Of a stretch of 57,464 nt of DNA, positions 38,780 through 47,456 are shown in pieces. The notes under the pieces were generated by a model, which was not told the DNA's origin, ran no database searches, and worked only from the letters and a program-made list of their open reading frames with translations. Source of the stretch: Faecousia sp. (GTDB taxonomy: Bacteria > Bacillota > Clostridia > Oscillospirales > Oscillospiraceae); NCBI GenBank assembly GCA_045595205.1, contig JAZNZZ010000120.1, positions 1 to 57,464 of the forward strand, in the 5' to 3' direction. The stretch's first letter is position 1. Each line of letters starts with the position of its first letter. A program made the position numbers and the translations under genes.

Positions 38780-40081
38780 TTGGATTTTTTTGTTGATCTG
38801 ATCAGCCTGAAGGATACAAGTATCGTGTTCATCAGTGCATTCTTTGTGTGCTTTGTAGGTTATGCGATCGGTGCGATCAAGATCAAGGGTTTGAGTCTCG
38901 GTACAGCAGGTGTATTCCTGTTTGCCCTTTTATTTGGTTATCTGTGTACCCTGCCTGCGCTAAAGGAAATTCCGATTCTTGGAAAGTTTTTCCTTGGCAG
39001 CGTTCAGGAGGTAACAGAAGCCGGCACAAAGCTGGTCGCTGACCCTAAGCTTGCAAGCTTTAAGCTGATTCAAAATGTGGGTCTTGTGATGTTCGTTACA
39101 TCAGTTGGCTCTATTGCAGGTCCGAAGTTCTTCCGTGATCTTAAAAAGAATGCCAAGACCTATGTTCCTATGGGCGCTTTGATCATTATCATTGGTGCAC
39201 TGGTTACTGTTTGCTTTGCCTTGATTCCCGGAATTGGGCCTGAGTATGCAACCGGTATCCTTTCCGGCGCACTGACTTCTACGCCTGCTTTTTCTGCCGC
39301 AAAGGAAACAGCAGGCAGCAGGGAAGCACTTGTGGTTCTGGGACAGGCCGTGTCCTATCCCTTCGGTGTCATCGGTGTTGTTATGTTTGTCCAGGTGATG
39401 CCCAAGCTTCTGCGCGCTGATATTGCAAAAGAAAGAGAACTGATCAATGCCGGTGCTGTTGCAACAGAAACCATTAAGAACGAGAAGAAGCGTTTTGCTC
39501 TGGATGACTTTGGTTTTGCCGCTTTTGGTCTTGCTTTGGTCCTTGGACTGTTCCTTGGTGCGATCCGTATTCCTCTGAGTGGAAAGGGCTTTGATGGTCC
39601 TACATTCTCTCTTGGTACAACGGGCGGTCCGTTGATCGCAGCTCTAGTGATCGGTCACTTTGGTCATATCGGACCCGTCAGTATGAAGATGAATGTGGGT
39701 GCCTTGAAGAGCCTTCGGGAATTCGGTCTTATGCTGTTCCTGCTGGGTGCCGGCGTGGAAGGCGGTGTTGTGCTTGTAGAGCAGATCAAGCAGTCTGAAC
39801 TGGGCATAATGCTTGTTGTATACGGCTTCCTGGCAGGTGTTGTGATCACCATTATTCCTATGGTTGTGGGTTATATCTTTGCCCGTTATGTTTGCAAGCT
39901 GCCGCTGCTGAGCAACCTTGGTTCTATTACCGGTGGTATGACATCTACCCCTGCACTGGGCACCTTGATCGGTGTTGCCGGTACGGATGATGTGGCAGGC
40001 GCTTATGCTGCCACATATCCAATTGCCCTTGTGCTTGTTGTTTTGTCTGTGCAGCTGATCAATTCTCTAATGGTCATATAA
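38780..40081 (+). CDS. Aspartate:alanine exchanger (AspT/YidE) family transporter, short form; candidate succinate exporter
   Basis: LGTAGVFLFAL, GLVMFVTSVG..AGPKFF, SGALTSTPA, SYPFGVIG, LGTTGGPL, GSITGGMTSTPAL, YAATYP; TTG start with AAGGAG. Confidence 0.85.
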   Translation: MDFFVDLISLKDTSIVFISAFFVCFVGYAIGAIKIKGLSLGTAGVFLFALLFGYLCTLPALKEIPILGKFFLGSVQEVTEAGTKLVADPKLASFKLIQNVGLVMFVTSVGSIAGPKFFRDLKKNAKTYVPMGALIIIIGALVTVCFALIPGIGPEYATGILSGALTSTPAFSAAKETAGSREALVVLGQAVSYPFGVIGVVMFVQVMPKLLRADIAKERELINAGAVATETIKNEKKRFALDDFGFAAFGLALVLGLFLGAIRIPLSGKGFDGPTFSLGTTGGPLIAALVIGHFGHIGPVSMKMNVGALKSLREFGLMLFLLGAGVEGGVVLVEQIKQSELGIMLVVYGFLAGVVITIIPMVVGYIFARYVCKLPLLSNLGSITGGMTSTPALGTLIGVAGTDDVAGAYAATYPIALVLVVLSVQLINSLMVI

Positions 40082-40118
40082 AAATAAAGGAGAGTCAATT
40101 GGGCTCTCCTTTATTTTT
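40081..40118. terminator. Bidirectional intrinsic terminator
   Basis: AAAATAAAGGAGAG-TCAATTGGG-CTCTCCTTTATTTTTT. Confidence 0.85.
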
Positions 40119-41346
40119 TATAGCGTTTTTGGTTTGAGTAAACCGTAATTACCCGGAATACAGTGGATACCAAAAGAATACCCACAGCCATTGCACCTGC
40201 AATCTCGATGGTATGCAGACCTTGCTCTGCAAAGCGTGTCATATCACCGCGAACAAGATGATTTGTTGTGTAATAGATACCTGCACCCGGGATCAGAGGG
40301 AAGACAGAAATCACAAGATAGGAAATTGCAGGATACTTTCTGATTCTTGCCATACTCTCAGAATAGAGAGCCGCAACCATTGTTGCAAAGAAATATGCCG
40401 CAATACTGTCTCCGCCATATTTAATAATCAGGCGATAGCACAGCCAGGTCAGGGTGCCGCCAAGAGCACAGAGAAAGCCTCCGGGACCGTGGATATTGAA
40501 AAGGATAAAGAATCCTGTACAACCAACAAAAGCCGCAATACACTCAACGAGGAGGCTGTAGGACTTTATACCATCGGTAGATACAACACCAATCAGCTTG
40601 TCCGTTAAATTCCACGCTGCACCTGTTCCCAAAGCAATGGCGGATGCGATCAGAAGAACCTGAACGATCCGATTGATACCGGAATTGGTATCGCCGTATA
40701 TTATATCCCGCAATGCATTGGTAAAAATAAGACCCGGAACAAGGATCATTAAGGTTCCGATAATAACGGTATCCGAATTATCGGTGATTCTGAAGCTTCC
40801 TACGATATAGGCGATCAGTGCCATAAAGAAGGAGGAGGCGATGATTCGGAAGAACTGGTTGGCTTTTAAGTAGTCCATATAGGAGCTTACCAGACCAACG
40901 GTCAATCCGCACAAACCCGCCCAAAGGCAGTCGGTGACCGTGCCGCCAAACAGTATGGCAAAGCCGCAGGAACCCAGAATGTTTCCCAGAAGATGGATCG
41001 GCAATGCATACCTTCTTCTTGATTTCTCAGTATCATTAAGCCAGTCGATTGCAGTTTTGGGGTCCGGCTTCTCCCGACAGATCCTTCTGCTCAGGTTGCT
41101 GAATTTCTCTACAGCATCCAGATCATTTCCGTGGAATCCGATTCGGCGCATTCTGGTCATTGCCTCTTTGTTTGCAGTTTCGATGCTCACATGCAAACAG
41201 TTGGGAATTGCGAAAACCTCCGCCTTCACCCCATAAGCTTCCATAACGCGGGAGACACTTTCCTCAACACGGAAGGTCTCAGCACCGCTCATTGCAAGAC
41301 AGTAGCCAAGATCCGTTGCCATATCCAACAGGGTATTATAATCCAT
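40111..41346 (-). CDS. ThrE family exporter (fused YjjP/YjjB-like halves)
   Basis: SGAETFRVEE, MILVPGLIFTNALRD...SG, FPLIPGAGIY; many TM segments; ATG 41346 just after the degV stop. Confidence 0.88.
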   Translation of the reverse strand: MDYNTLLDMATDLGYCLAMSGAETFRVEESVSRVMEAYGVKAEVFAIPNCLHVSIETANKEAMTRMRRIGFHGNDLDAVEKFSNLSRRICREKPDPKTAIDWLNDTEKSRRRYALPIHLLGNILGSCGFAILFGGTVTDCLWAGLCGLTVGLVSSYMDYLKANQFFRIIASSFFMALIAYIVGSFRITDNSDTVIIGTLMILVPGLIFTNALRDIIYGDTNSGINRIVQVLLIASAIALGTGAAWNLTDKLIGVVSTDGIKSYSLLVECIAAFVGCTGFFILFNIHGPGGFLCALGGTLTWLCYRLIIKYGGDSIAAYFFATMVAALYSESMARIRKYPAISYLVISVFPLIPGAGIYYTTNHLVRGDMTRFAEQGLHTIEIAGAMAVGILLVSTVFRVITVYSNQKRYKK

Positions 41347-41347
41347 T

Positions 41348-42190
41348 TTATTTGCGTACAAAAAGAACGCCTAATGTTGCGGGACCGCAGTGGCAGGAGA
41401 TGGTGCAGCCTGCTTCGGTCCAGTAAATATTTTCAAAATCGCCGTATGCTTCCACAGCAGTGCGAACAGCCTCCAGACACTCATCTGTAACGGGAGTACG
41501 TGTCACAAAAAGGGTGCCTCTGTCGAGATCGTCACGGTTGGCAAGGCGGTCCTTTACGTAGTTGGACAGACACTTGGCATAGTTGCCACGGTACTTCTTT
41601 ACAACAGCCATTTTGCCGTCCTTAACCTCAATGCAAGGTTTCAGATTGAGAAGATTTGCACCCAGAGCAGCAGCGGAGGAGCAACGGCCACCCTTTACCA
41701 TATACTTCAGTTGATCCAGCAGGAAGCTTGCTTCAACGCGGGAAGTGAATTCCTGCACCTTGTCGTGAAGCTCATCGATCGTTTGACACTGAGAAGCCAG
41801 CTCGCAGGCTTTCAGAACTACAAGTCCCTGACCGGTGGAAAGGTTCTGAGAATCCACAACACGGACATTTTCAAAATCCTCGGCAGCCAAAAGTGCATTT
41901 TGGTGACAGGAGGAGAAGGCAGAACCAAGATTGATGTGCAGCACACCGTCATACTCCGATGCGTATTTTGCGAAGAATTCCTGGTATTCACCGACATTCA
42001 TAGCGGTGGTGGAGCAAAGATCCCCGCCGGAGGCAACATGCTCAAAAATCTCTGCTGGTGTAATGGTTACATTATCAGAATACGCCTGTCCTTCCTTGAC
42101 GATGGTCAGTGGGAGAACAGTTACATTATATTTCTCCAGAAGTTCAGGTGACAGATCGCAGGTGCTGTCAGAAAGAATTTTTATATTCAT
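41348..42190 (-). CDS. DegV family fatty-acid-binding protein
   Basis: ILSDSTCDL, LGSAFSSC, VVDSQNLS, KGGR, CHCGP; ATG 42190 behind AAAGGAG. Confidence 0.92.
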   Translation of the reverse strand: MNIKILSDSTCDLSPELLEKYNVTVLPLTIVKEGQAYSDNVTITPAEIFEHVASGGDLCSTTAMNVGEYQEFFAKYASEYDGVLHINLGSAFSSCHQNALLAAEDFENVRVVDSQNLSTGQGLVVLKACELASQCQTIDELHDKVQEFTSRVEASFLLDQLKYMVKGGRCSSAAALGANLLNLKPCIEVKDGKMAVVKKYRGNYAKCLSNYVKDRLANRDDLDRGTLFVTRTPVTDECLEAVRTAVEAYGDFENIYWTEAGCTISCHCGPATLGVLFVRK

Positions 42191-42220
42191 TGTGAAGTCT
42201 CCTTTTTGTAGTGTACATAC

Positions 42221-42275
42221 TTGCATTTTTTGCAGACTATGGTAAAATATTAACATAATTAATGATTTGTGTCAA
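42221..42275. promoter_or_regulatory. Overlapping divergent sigma-A-like promoters for copA (+) and degV (-)
   Basis: Plus strand TTGCAT-16-TAAAAT (42221-42248); minus strand TTGACA-17-TAATAT (42275-42247). Confidence 0.45.
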
Positions 42276-42297
42276 CAATGCAATAGGTGGTGTTTAC

Positions 42298-44763
42298 TTG
42301 CGAATTAAATTTAATGTTTCCGGTATGACCTGTGCTGCCTGCTCAGCCAGAGTTGAAAAGGTTACTTCAAAAGTGGAAGGTGTGGAAAATGTTGAAGTCA
42401 ACCTTCTGGCAGGAACAATGACTGTGGATGCAGCAAACGGCGAGGTCGTAAGCAGTATAATTGCTGCCGTTTCGGATGCCGGTTATTCAGCATCCGTTCC
42501 GGGTGAAAAGAAGGTTTCGAACAAAGAGAACAATTCCGTAAAGCAAATGAGCAAAAGACTGGTCTATTCTGCGGTTTTTCTTTGCGTCCTTATGTATTTC
42601 TCTATGGGTCATATGCTGGGTCTGCCGTTACCCGGGTGGTACTGTGGTACAGAAAACGCTTTGATCGCTGCAAATCTTCAGTTGTTTCTGACGCTTCCTG
42701 TGGTGTATATAAACAGAGGCTTTTTCCTGCGTGGTATAAAGTCACTTGTGAAGAGAGCTCCGAATATGGATTCTCTGATCGCCATTGGTTCCGGCGCCGC
42801 TTTGGTGTACAGCGTATCAATGATCTTTGCTATGTCGTACGCAATGGGTCGCGGAGATATGACATCCGTAGAATCCTACAGAATGAATTTGCACTTTGAA
42901 TCCGGTGCAATGATCCTCACCTTGATCACCCTGGGCAAGTATCTTGAAACCAACGCAAAAGGAAAGACGACAGATGCAATTCGTGGCCTTATGGAGCTGC
43001 GTCCCAACACTGCGGTTCTTCTTGTGGATGGGAAAGAGATGACTGTCCCCGTGGAAAATGTTAAGGTGGGCGATACTGTTGTAGTTCGTTCCGGCGGCAG
43101 CATCTCCGTTGACGGAACTGTGATCTCCGGTCGTGGTTCTGTAGATCAAAGCGTACTCACCGGCGAAAGCGTGCCGGTAGATGTTGAAGCGGGGAGCCGT
43201 GTTTCTGCTGCCACGATCTGCAATGAGGGTTATCTTGAGATCCGTGCTGATAAAGTTGGCGAGGACACCACTCTGTCTCAGGTTATCAAGCTTGTGGAAG
43301 AGTCGGGTGGATCGAAAGCGCCCATTGCCAGATTGGCAGATAAGGTTTCTGGCATTTTTGTGCCTGTTGTTATAGCAATTGCAGTTGTGACCTTTGTCAT
43401 CTGGATGCTATCCGGTGAAAGCCTGGGCAGTGCTTTGACATTTGCCATTTCTGTGCTTGTGATCTCCTGCCCTTGTGCTTTAGGTCTTGCCACGCCTGTT
43501 GCAATTATGGTGGGCACGGGAAGAGGTGCACAGCTGGGCATTCTGTTTAAAAATGCAGAAGCACTGGAAAACCTCCATAATGTGGATACAGTCGTTTTGG
43601 ATAAGACCGGAACGCTGACAAAGGGAAAGCCTGCAGTAACTTGTGTGCTTCCCAATAAGATAACAGAAGATGAGCTTCTTGCTATCGCAGGTTCTTTGGA
43701 GTGCCGTTCAGAGCATCCCTTTGCGAAAGCGATCATGGAACGCCTTGGGGATATGGATCATATCGATCCTGATGCTTTTGAAGTTTTGCCGGGTCGCGGT
43801 GTTTCTGCGGTAATTTCAGGAAAGAAGTATTATGGCGGCAATATGGCACTGATGACTTCGGTGAATATTACGGTTCCTGATTTAAGTGAATACACTTCCA
43901 AAGGAAATACGCCGCTGTATTTTGCTTCTGAATACGAATACCTTGGCGCTGTCATTGCGGCAGATGTTTTGAAGGAGGATTCAGTCGATGCAGTGGAAAG
44001 ACTGCATAAGCTGGGTCTTGAGGTCATAATGCTTACCGGCGATAACGAGGCAACAGCAAAAACCATCGGTTCTCTTGCAAAGGTGGATAAGGTGATCGCG
44101 GATGTCCTTCCCGCGGATAAGCTTCGTGTTATTGAACAGCTGCGCAGTGAGGGCAAAAAGGTCGTTATGGTTGGTGACGGTATTAACGACGCGCCGGCAC
44201 TGACTACTGCAGATATTGGTATTGCCGTGGGCAAGGGAACAGATATTGCGGTGGATTCTTCGGATGTCGTTCTGATGACTTCTTCGCTTACTGCCGTTTC
44301 TTCCGCCGTTGCTTTAAGCAAAGCTACAATACGGAACATCAAGGAAAACCTGTTCTGGGCATTCTTCTATAACAGCTTAGGTATTCCCGTTGCTGCCGGT
44401 GTTCTTTACCCTGCTTTTGGTATTCAACTCAGTCCAATGCTTGGTGCAGCAGCAATGAGTATGAGCTCTGTGTTTGTTGTAACCAATGCCTTAAGACTTC
44501 GCTTTTTTAAAACGAAGGAAGGCAAAACAAAAGAAATCGATCATAAAATTGAAAAGGAGAAAATTATGGAAAAAGTAATCACCGTTGAAGGTATGATGTG
44601 CCCCCACTGCAAGGCCCGCGTTGAAAAGGTTTGCAAAGAGATCCCCGGAACTGCAGATGCAGTTGTTGACCTTGACAAGAAATGTGTTACAGTCACCGGC
44701 GATCCTGATATGGATGCACTAAAGAAGGCAATCGTTGATGCCGGATATGAGGTAATTGATTAA
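42298..44763 (+). CDS. copA: Copper-translocating P1B-type ATPase with N- and C-terminal HMA domains
   Basis: GMTCAAC, TGES, CPC, DKTGT, HP, GDGIND, YN and MSMSS Cu-type TM motifs, C-terminal GMMCPHC; TTG start behind AGGTGG. Confidence 0.92.
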   Translation: MRIKFNVSGMTCAACSARVEKVTSKVEGVENVEVNLLAGTMTVDAANGEVVSSIIAAVSDAGYSASVPGEKKVSNKENNSVKQMSKRLVYSAVFLCVLMYFSMGHMLGLPLPGWYCGTENALIAANLQLFLTLPVVYINRGFFLRGIKSLVKRAPNMDSLIAIGSGAALVYSVSMIFAMSYAMGRGDMTSVESYRMNLHFESGAMILTLITLGKYLETNAKGKTTDAIRGLMELRPNTAVLLVDGKEMTVPVENVKVGDTVVVRSGGSISVDGTVISGRGSVDQSVLTGESVPVDVEAGSRVSAATICNEGYLEIRADKVGEDTTLSQVIKLVEESGGSKAPIARLADKVSGIFVPVVIAIAVVTFVIWMLSGESLGSALTFAISVLVISCPCALGLATPVAIMVGTGRGAQLGILFKNAEALENLHNVDTVVLDKTGTLTKGKPAVTCVLPNKITEDELLAIAGSLECRSEHPFAKAIMERLGDMDHIDPDAFEVLPGRGVSAVISGKKYYGGNMALMTSVNITVPDLSEYTSKGNTPLYFASEYEYLGAVIAADVLKEDSVDAVERLHKLGLEVIMLTGDNEATAKTIGSLAKVDKVIADVLPADKLRVIEQLRSEGKKVVMVGDGINDAPALTTADIGIAVGKGTDIAVDSSDVVLMTSSLTAVSSAVALSKATIRNIKENLFWAFFYNSLGIPVAAGVLYPAFGIQLSPMLGAAAMSMSSVFVVTNALRLRFFKTKEGKTKEIDHKIEKEKIMEKVITVEGMMCPHCKARVEKVCKEIPGTADAVVDLDKKCVTVTGDPDMDALKKAIVDAGYEVID

Positions 44764-44820
44764 AAGTCCGATTTAATGGACTTTATGCTTGATACAATGT
44801 CATCACAATAAGAAAGGGTG

Positions 44821-44955
44821 ATGACATTGTTTAAGTTCGATTATGTTCGCGGTCACATTCATGTTTACAACGCTTTTGGTGAGTTTTTGTTTTCCGCTGA
44901 CACGGAAAAAGAGGCAAGAGAGGAATTGAAGGAGTATGCGAAATCTTCGTCTTGA
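44821..44955 (+). CDS. Small hypothetical protein (44 aa), not in the ORF track
   Basis: MTLFKFDYVRGHIHVYNAFGEFLFSADTEKEAREELKEYAKSSS, preceded by AAAGGGTG; overlaps the truA start by 20 nt. Confidence 0.6.
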   Translation: MTLFKFDYVRGHIHVYNAFGEFLFSADTEKEAREELKEYAKSSS

Positions 44956-45670
44956 CATTTGTTATGACGGCACACGCTACCGGGGCTGGCAGCGGCTTTC
45001 CTGCGGAGATAATACAATACAGGGAAAGCTGGAGTCCACACTTTCAAAGCTTCTGGGGGAGCAAGTAGAGGTCTCCGGCAGTGGCCGTACAGATGCAGGC
45101 ACACACGCAATCGGTCAAGTCATAAGCTTTCACACAGATAGTGCAATGAGCTGTGATGACATTCTGACCGGACTGCGGCAGTACCTTCCGGAGGATATTG
45201 GTGTCTATGCCTGCAAGGAAGCATCTCCGCGATTTCACGCACGGTTAAATGCCAAAGAGAAAACATATCGGTACCGAATCTGGAACAGCACTAAGCCTTG
45301 TGTATTCGACCGCAAATATGTATATATCTGCACAGATGATCTTGATATTTCTGCGATGCAGAAGGCTGCTGTACAGTATATTGGCACCCACGATTTTTCC
45401 GCTTTTTGCGGCAACAAGAATATGAAGAAATCCACAGTACGCGCTATCAAGGCTTTTTCGGTGGAAAGAATCGGGGAAGAAATTGTTTTTACTGTTACCG
45501 GTAATGGCTTTTTGCAGCATATGGTGCGTATTATGGTGGGAACATTGGTAGAGATCGGAAGGGGAGAGCGTGAGGCCGCTTCCATTTCTCAACTATACGG
45601 CGGTCGTCGTATGGATGCAGGCTTTGCAGTCCCGGCCTGCGGTCTTTGCCTGATGGAGGTGACATATTGA
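44936..45670 (+). CDS. truA: tRNA pseudouridine(38-40) synthase
   Basis: YDGTRYRGWQ, SGRTDAGTHA, FHAR, GTHDFSAF, GNGFLQHMVR. Confidence 0.95.
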   Translation: MRNLRLDICYDGTRYRGWQRLSCGDNTIQGKLESTLSKLLGEQVEVSGSGRTDAGTHAIGQVISFHTDSAMSCDDILTGLRQYLPEDIGVYACKEASPRFHARLNAKEKTYRYRIWNSTKPCVFDRKYVYICTDDLDISAMQKAAVQYIGTHDFSAFCGNKNMKKSTVRAIKAFSVERIGEEIVFTVTGNGFLQHMVRIMVGTLVEIGRGEREAASISQLYGGRRMDAGFAVPACGLCLMEVTY

Positions 45671-46008
45671 ATATTCAGATTTTTGGAAAGAACAAATGCT
45701 TTGATACAAAGAAAGCAGAGAGATATTTCAAAGAACGCCGCATAAAGTATCAATATGTGGACCTGCTCCGTTATGGACTTTCCGGCAAAGAGTTTGATGC
45801 AGTCCTTCGTGGAGTCGGTGGAGTCGACAATTTGATCGATTGGGAGAACAAGTCTGACGCCATCGCCTTGCTGCGGTATATGGATGATAAAACGCAGAAA
45901 GAAGACAGGGTGTTTGACGATCCCTCCATTATGCGTACTCCGATCGTCCGTAACGGAAAGCAGGTTACCCTTGGCTATTGCCCTGAGGTTTGGGCCTCCT
46001 GGGAATAA
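45667..46008 (+). CDS. ArsC/Spx family thioredoxin-fold protein
   Basis: IQIFGKNKCFDTKKAERYFKE, PSIMRTPIV; TTG start overlaps the truA stop. Confidence 0.85.
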   Translation: MNIQIFGKNKCFDTKKAERYFKERRIKYQYVDLLRYGLSGKEFDAVLRGVGGVDNLIDWENKSDAIALLRYMDDKTQKEDRVFDDPSIMRTPIVRNGKQVTLGYCPEVWASWE

Positions 46009-46020
46009 CGCAATATTACT

Positions 46021-46055
46021 GAAGCAGTTCCTTTTCGGGGGCTGCTTCTTTTTTT
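46021..46055 (+). terminator. Intrinsic terminator
   Basis: GAAGCAGTTCC-TTTTCG-GGGGCTGCTTC followed by a T7 run. Confidence 0.8.
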
Positions 46056-46064
46056 GGAGGTTAT

Positions 46065-47456
46065 ATGACAGATCTTCTGGTCTCGGTGAATTCCTTTCTC
46101 TGGGGTATCCCAACTTTAATAATGATCCTTGGCGTCGGAATATATTTGAGCATCAAAACACGATTCATTCAGATCAGAAGATTGCCTTTTGCAATCAAAA
46201 GGTTCTTTGAGCAATTCAAAATCAGGAACCGAAACGGTATTTCCGGCTTTCAAGCTCTAAGCCTTGCATTGGCAGCAACAGTAGGTACGGGGAATTTGGC
46301 CGGTGTAGCAGGTGCTATTGCCATTGGAGGACCGGGTGCTATATTCTGGATGTGGTTATGCGCCTTGTTTGGTATGGTAACAAAATATGCTGAGGCTGTT
46401 TTGGCTGTATCATACAGAACCAGGATCGAAAAAGATATGTATCTCAGCGGTCCAATGTATATGATCAGAGATGGCTTACCTCGTCAATTCCGTTTTCTTG
46501 CCTATGCATACTGCTTCTTTGGTGTTGTGGCATCCTTTGGCGTTGGCAATGCAACGCAAGTAAATGCTGTAGTTTGCAGCCTTGAATCTGCACTTTCAGC
46601 TTTTGATTTGGAATTTAGCTTTGCTTTTAAAATGCTGGCTGCCGGAATGATTTCTCTGTCTGTTATTTTCCTATTATCCGGAGGTACAAAAAGACTTGGA
46701 AAAGTCACACAGATCATAGTACCCCTTGCAGCACTCTGTTACTTACTGTTGGGCGTATTTGTGTTGATCGTTAGAAGAAATGCGATCCCCACAGCTTTTG
46801 CAGCAATTATAAAAGGCGCATTTATGCCGCAAGCCGTAACAGGTGGTGTTGTAGGTTCTGCCTTTGTTGCGTTACGCACCGGTGCTTCCAGAGGCGTATT
46901 TACCAATGAAGCCGGTATGGGAACAGCCTCCATTGCTCACGGAACAGCCAATGTGGATCATCCTGCGGAGCAGGGACTGATGGGGATTATGGAGGTTTTT
47001 ATAGACACGATTTTGATCTGCACATTAACAGGTCTCGTTATACTGTGCAGTGGTGTTCCGATCTCATACGGAATCGATACCGGTGTAAGCTTGACGACAC
47101 AGGCTTTTACTTCTGTATGCGGTAACTGGATCACAGTGCCGATCGCGCTGATCATCTGTGTGCTTGCATTTGCTACGATCCTCGGATGGAGTCTATACGG
47201 AATTCGGTGCAGTGAATTCCTGTTCGGAAATAAAGTACAGCGCATCTTTATTCTTATTCAGGGGTTTATATCGATCCTTGGTGTATGTCTGAATACCGGT
47301 ACGGTCTGGATCCTGTCCGAAATCGTAAATGCGTTAATGGCTATGCCCAACCTGATTGCGCTGATCTATTTAACACCAGAGGTTGTAAAGCTAACTGAAT
47401 CATATTTTAAGTATAAAAAAGATTGCCTCCGAGGAGGCAATCCAATTTCTGAATGA
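46065..47456 (+). CDS. Alanine/glycine:cation symporter (AGCS/AlsT family)
   Basis: LAATVGTGNLAGVA, GGPGAIFWMW, KYAE, GPMY, RGVFTNEAGMG, EVFIDT. Confidence 0.92.
   Translation: MTDLLVSVNSFLWGIPTLIMILGVGIYLSIKTRFIQIRRLPFAIKRFFEQFKIRNRNGISGFQALSLALAATVGTGNLAGVAGAIAIGGPGAIFWMWLCALFGMVTKYAEAVLAVSYRTRIEKDMYLSGPMYMIRDGLPRQFRFLAYAYCFFGVVASFGVGNATQVNAVVCSLESALSAFDLEFSFAFKMLAAGMISLSVIFLLSGGTKRLGKVTQIIVPLAALCYLLLGVFVLIVRRNAIPTAFAAIIKGAFMPQAVTGGVVGSAFVALRTGASRGVFTNEAGMGTASIAHGTANVDHPAEQGLMGIMEVFIDTILICTLTGLVILCSGVPISYGIDTGVSLTTQAFTSVCGNWITVPIALIICVLAFATILGWSLYGIRCSEFLFGNKVQRIFILIQGFISILGVCLNTGTVWILSEIVNALMAMPNLIALIYLTPEVVKLTESYFKYKKDCLRGGNPISE
47415..47442 (-). terminator. Terminator for glutamine synthetase, lying within the 3' end of the AGCS gene
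   Basis: GATTGCCTCC-GA-GGAGGCAATC with a T6 tail on the minus strand. Confidence 0.7.
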
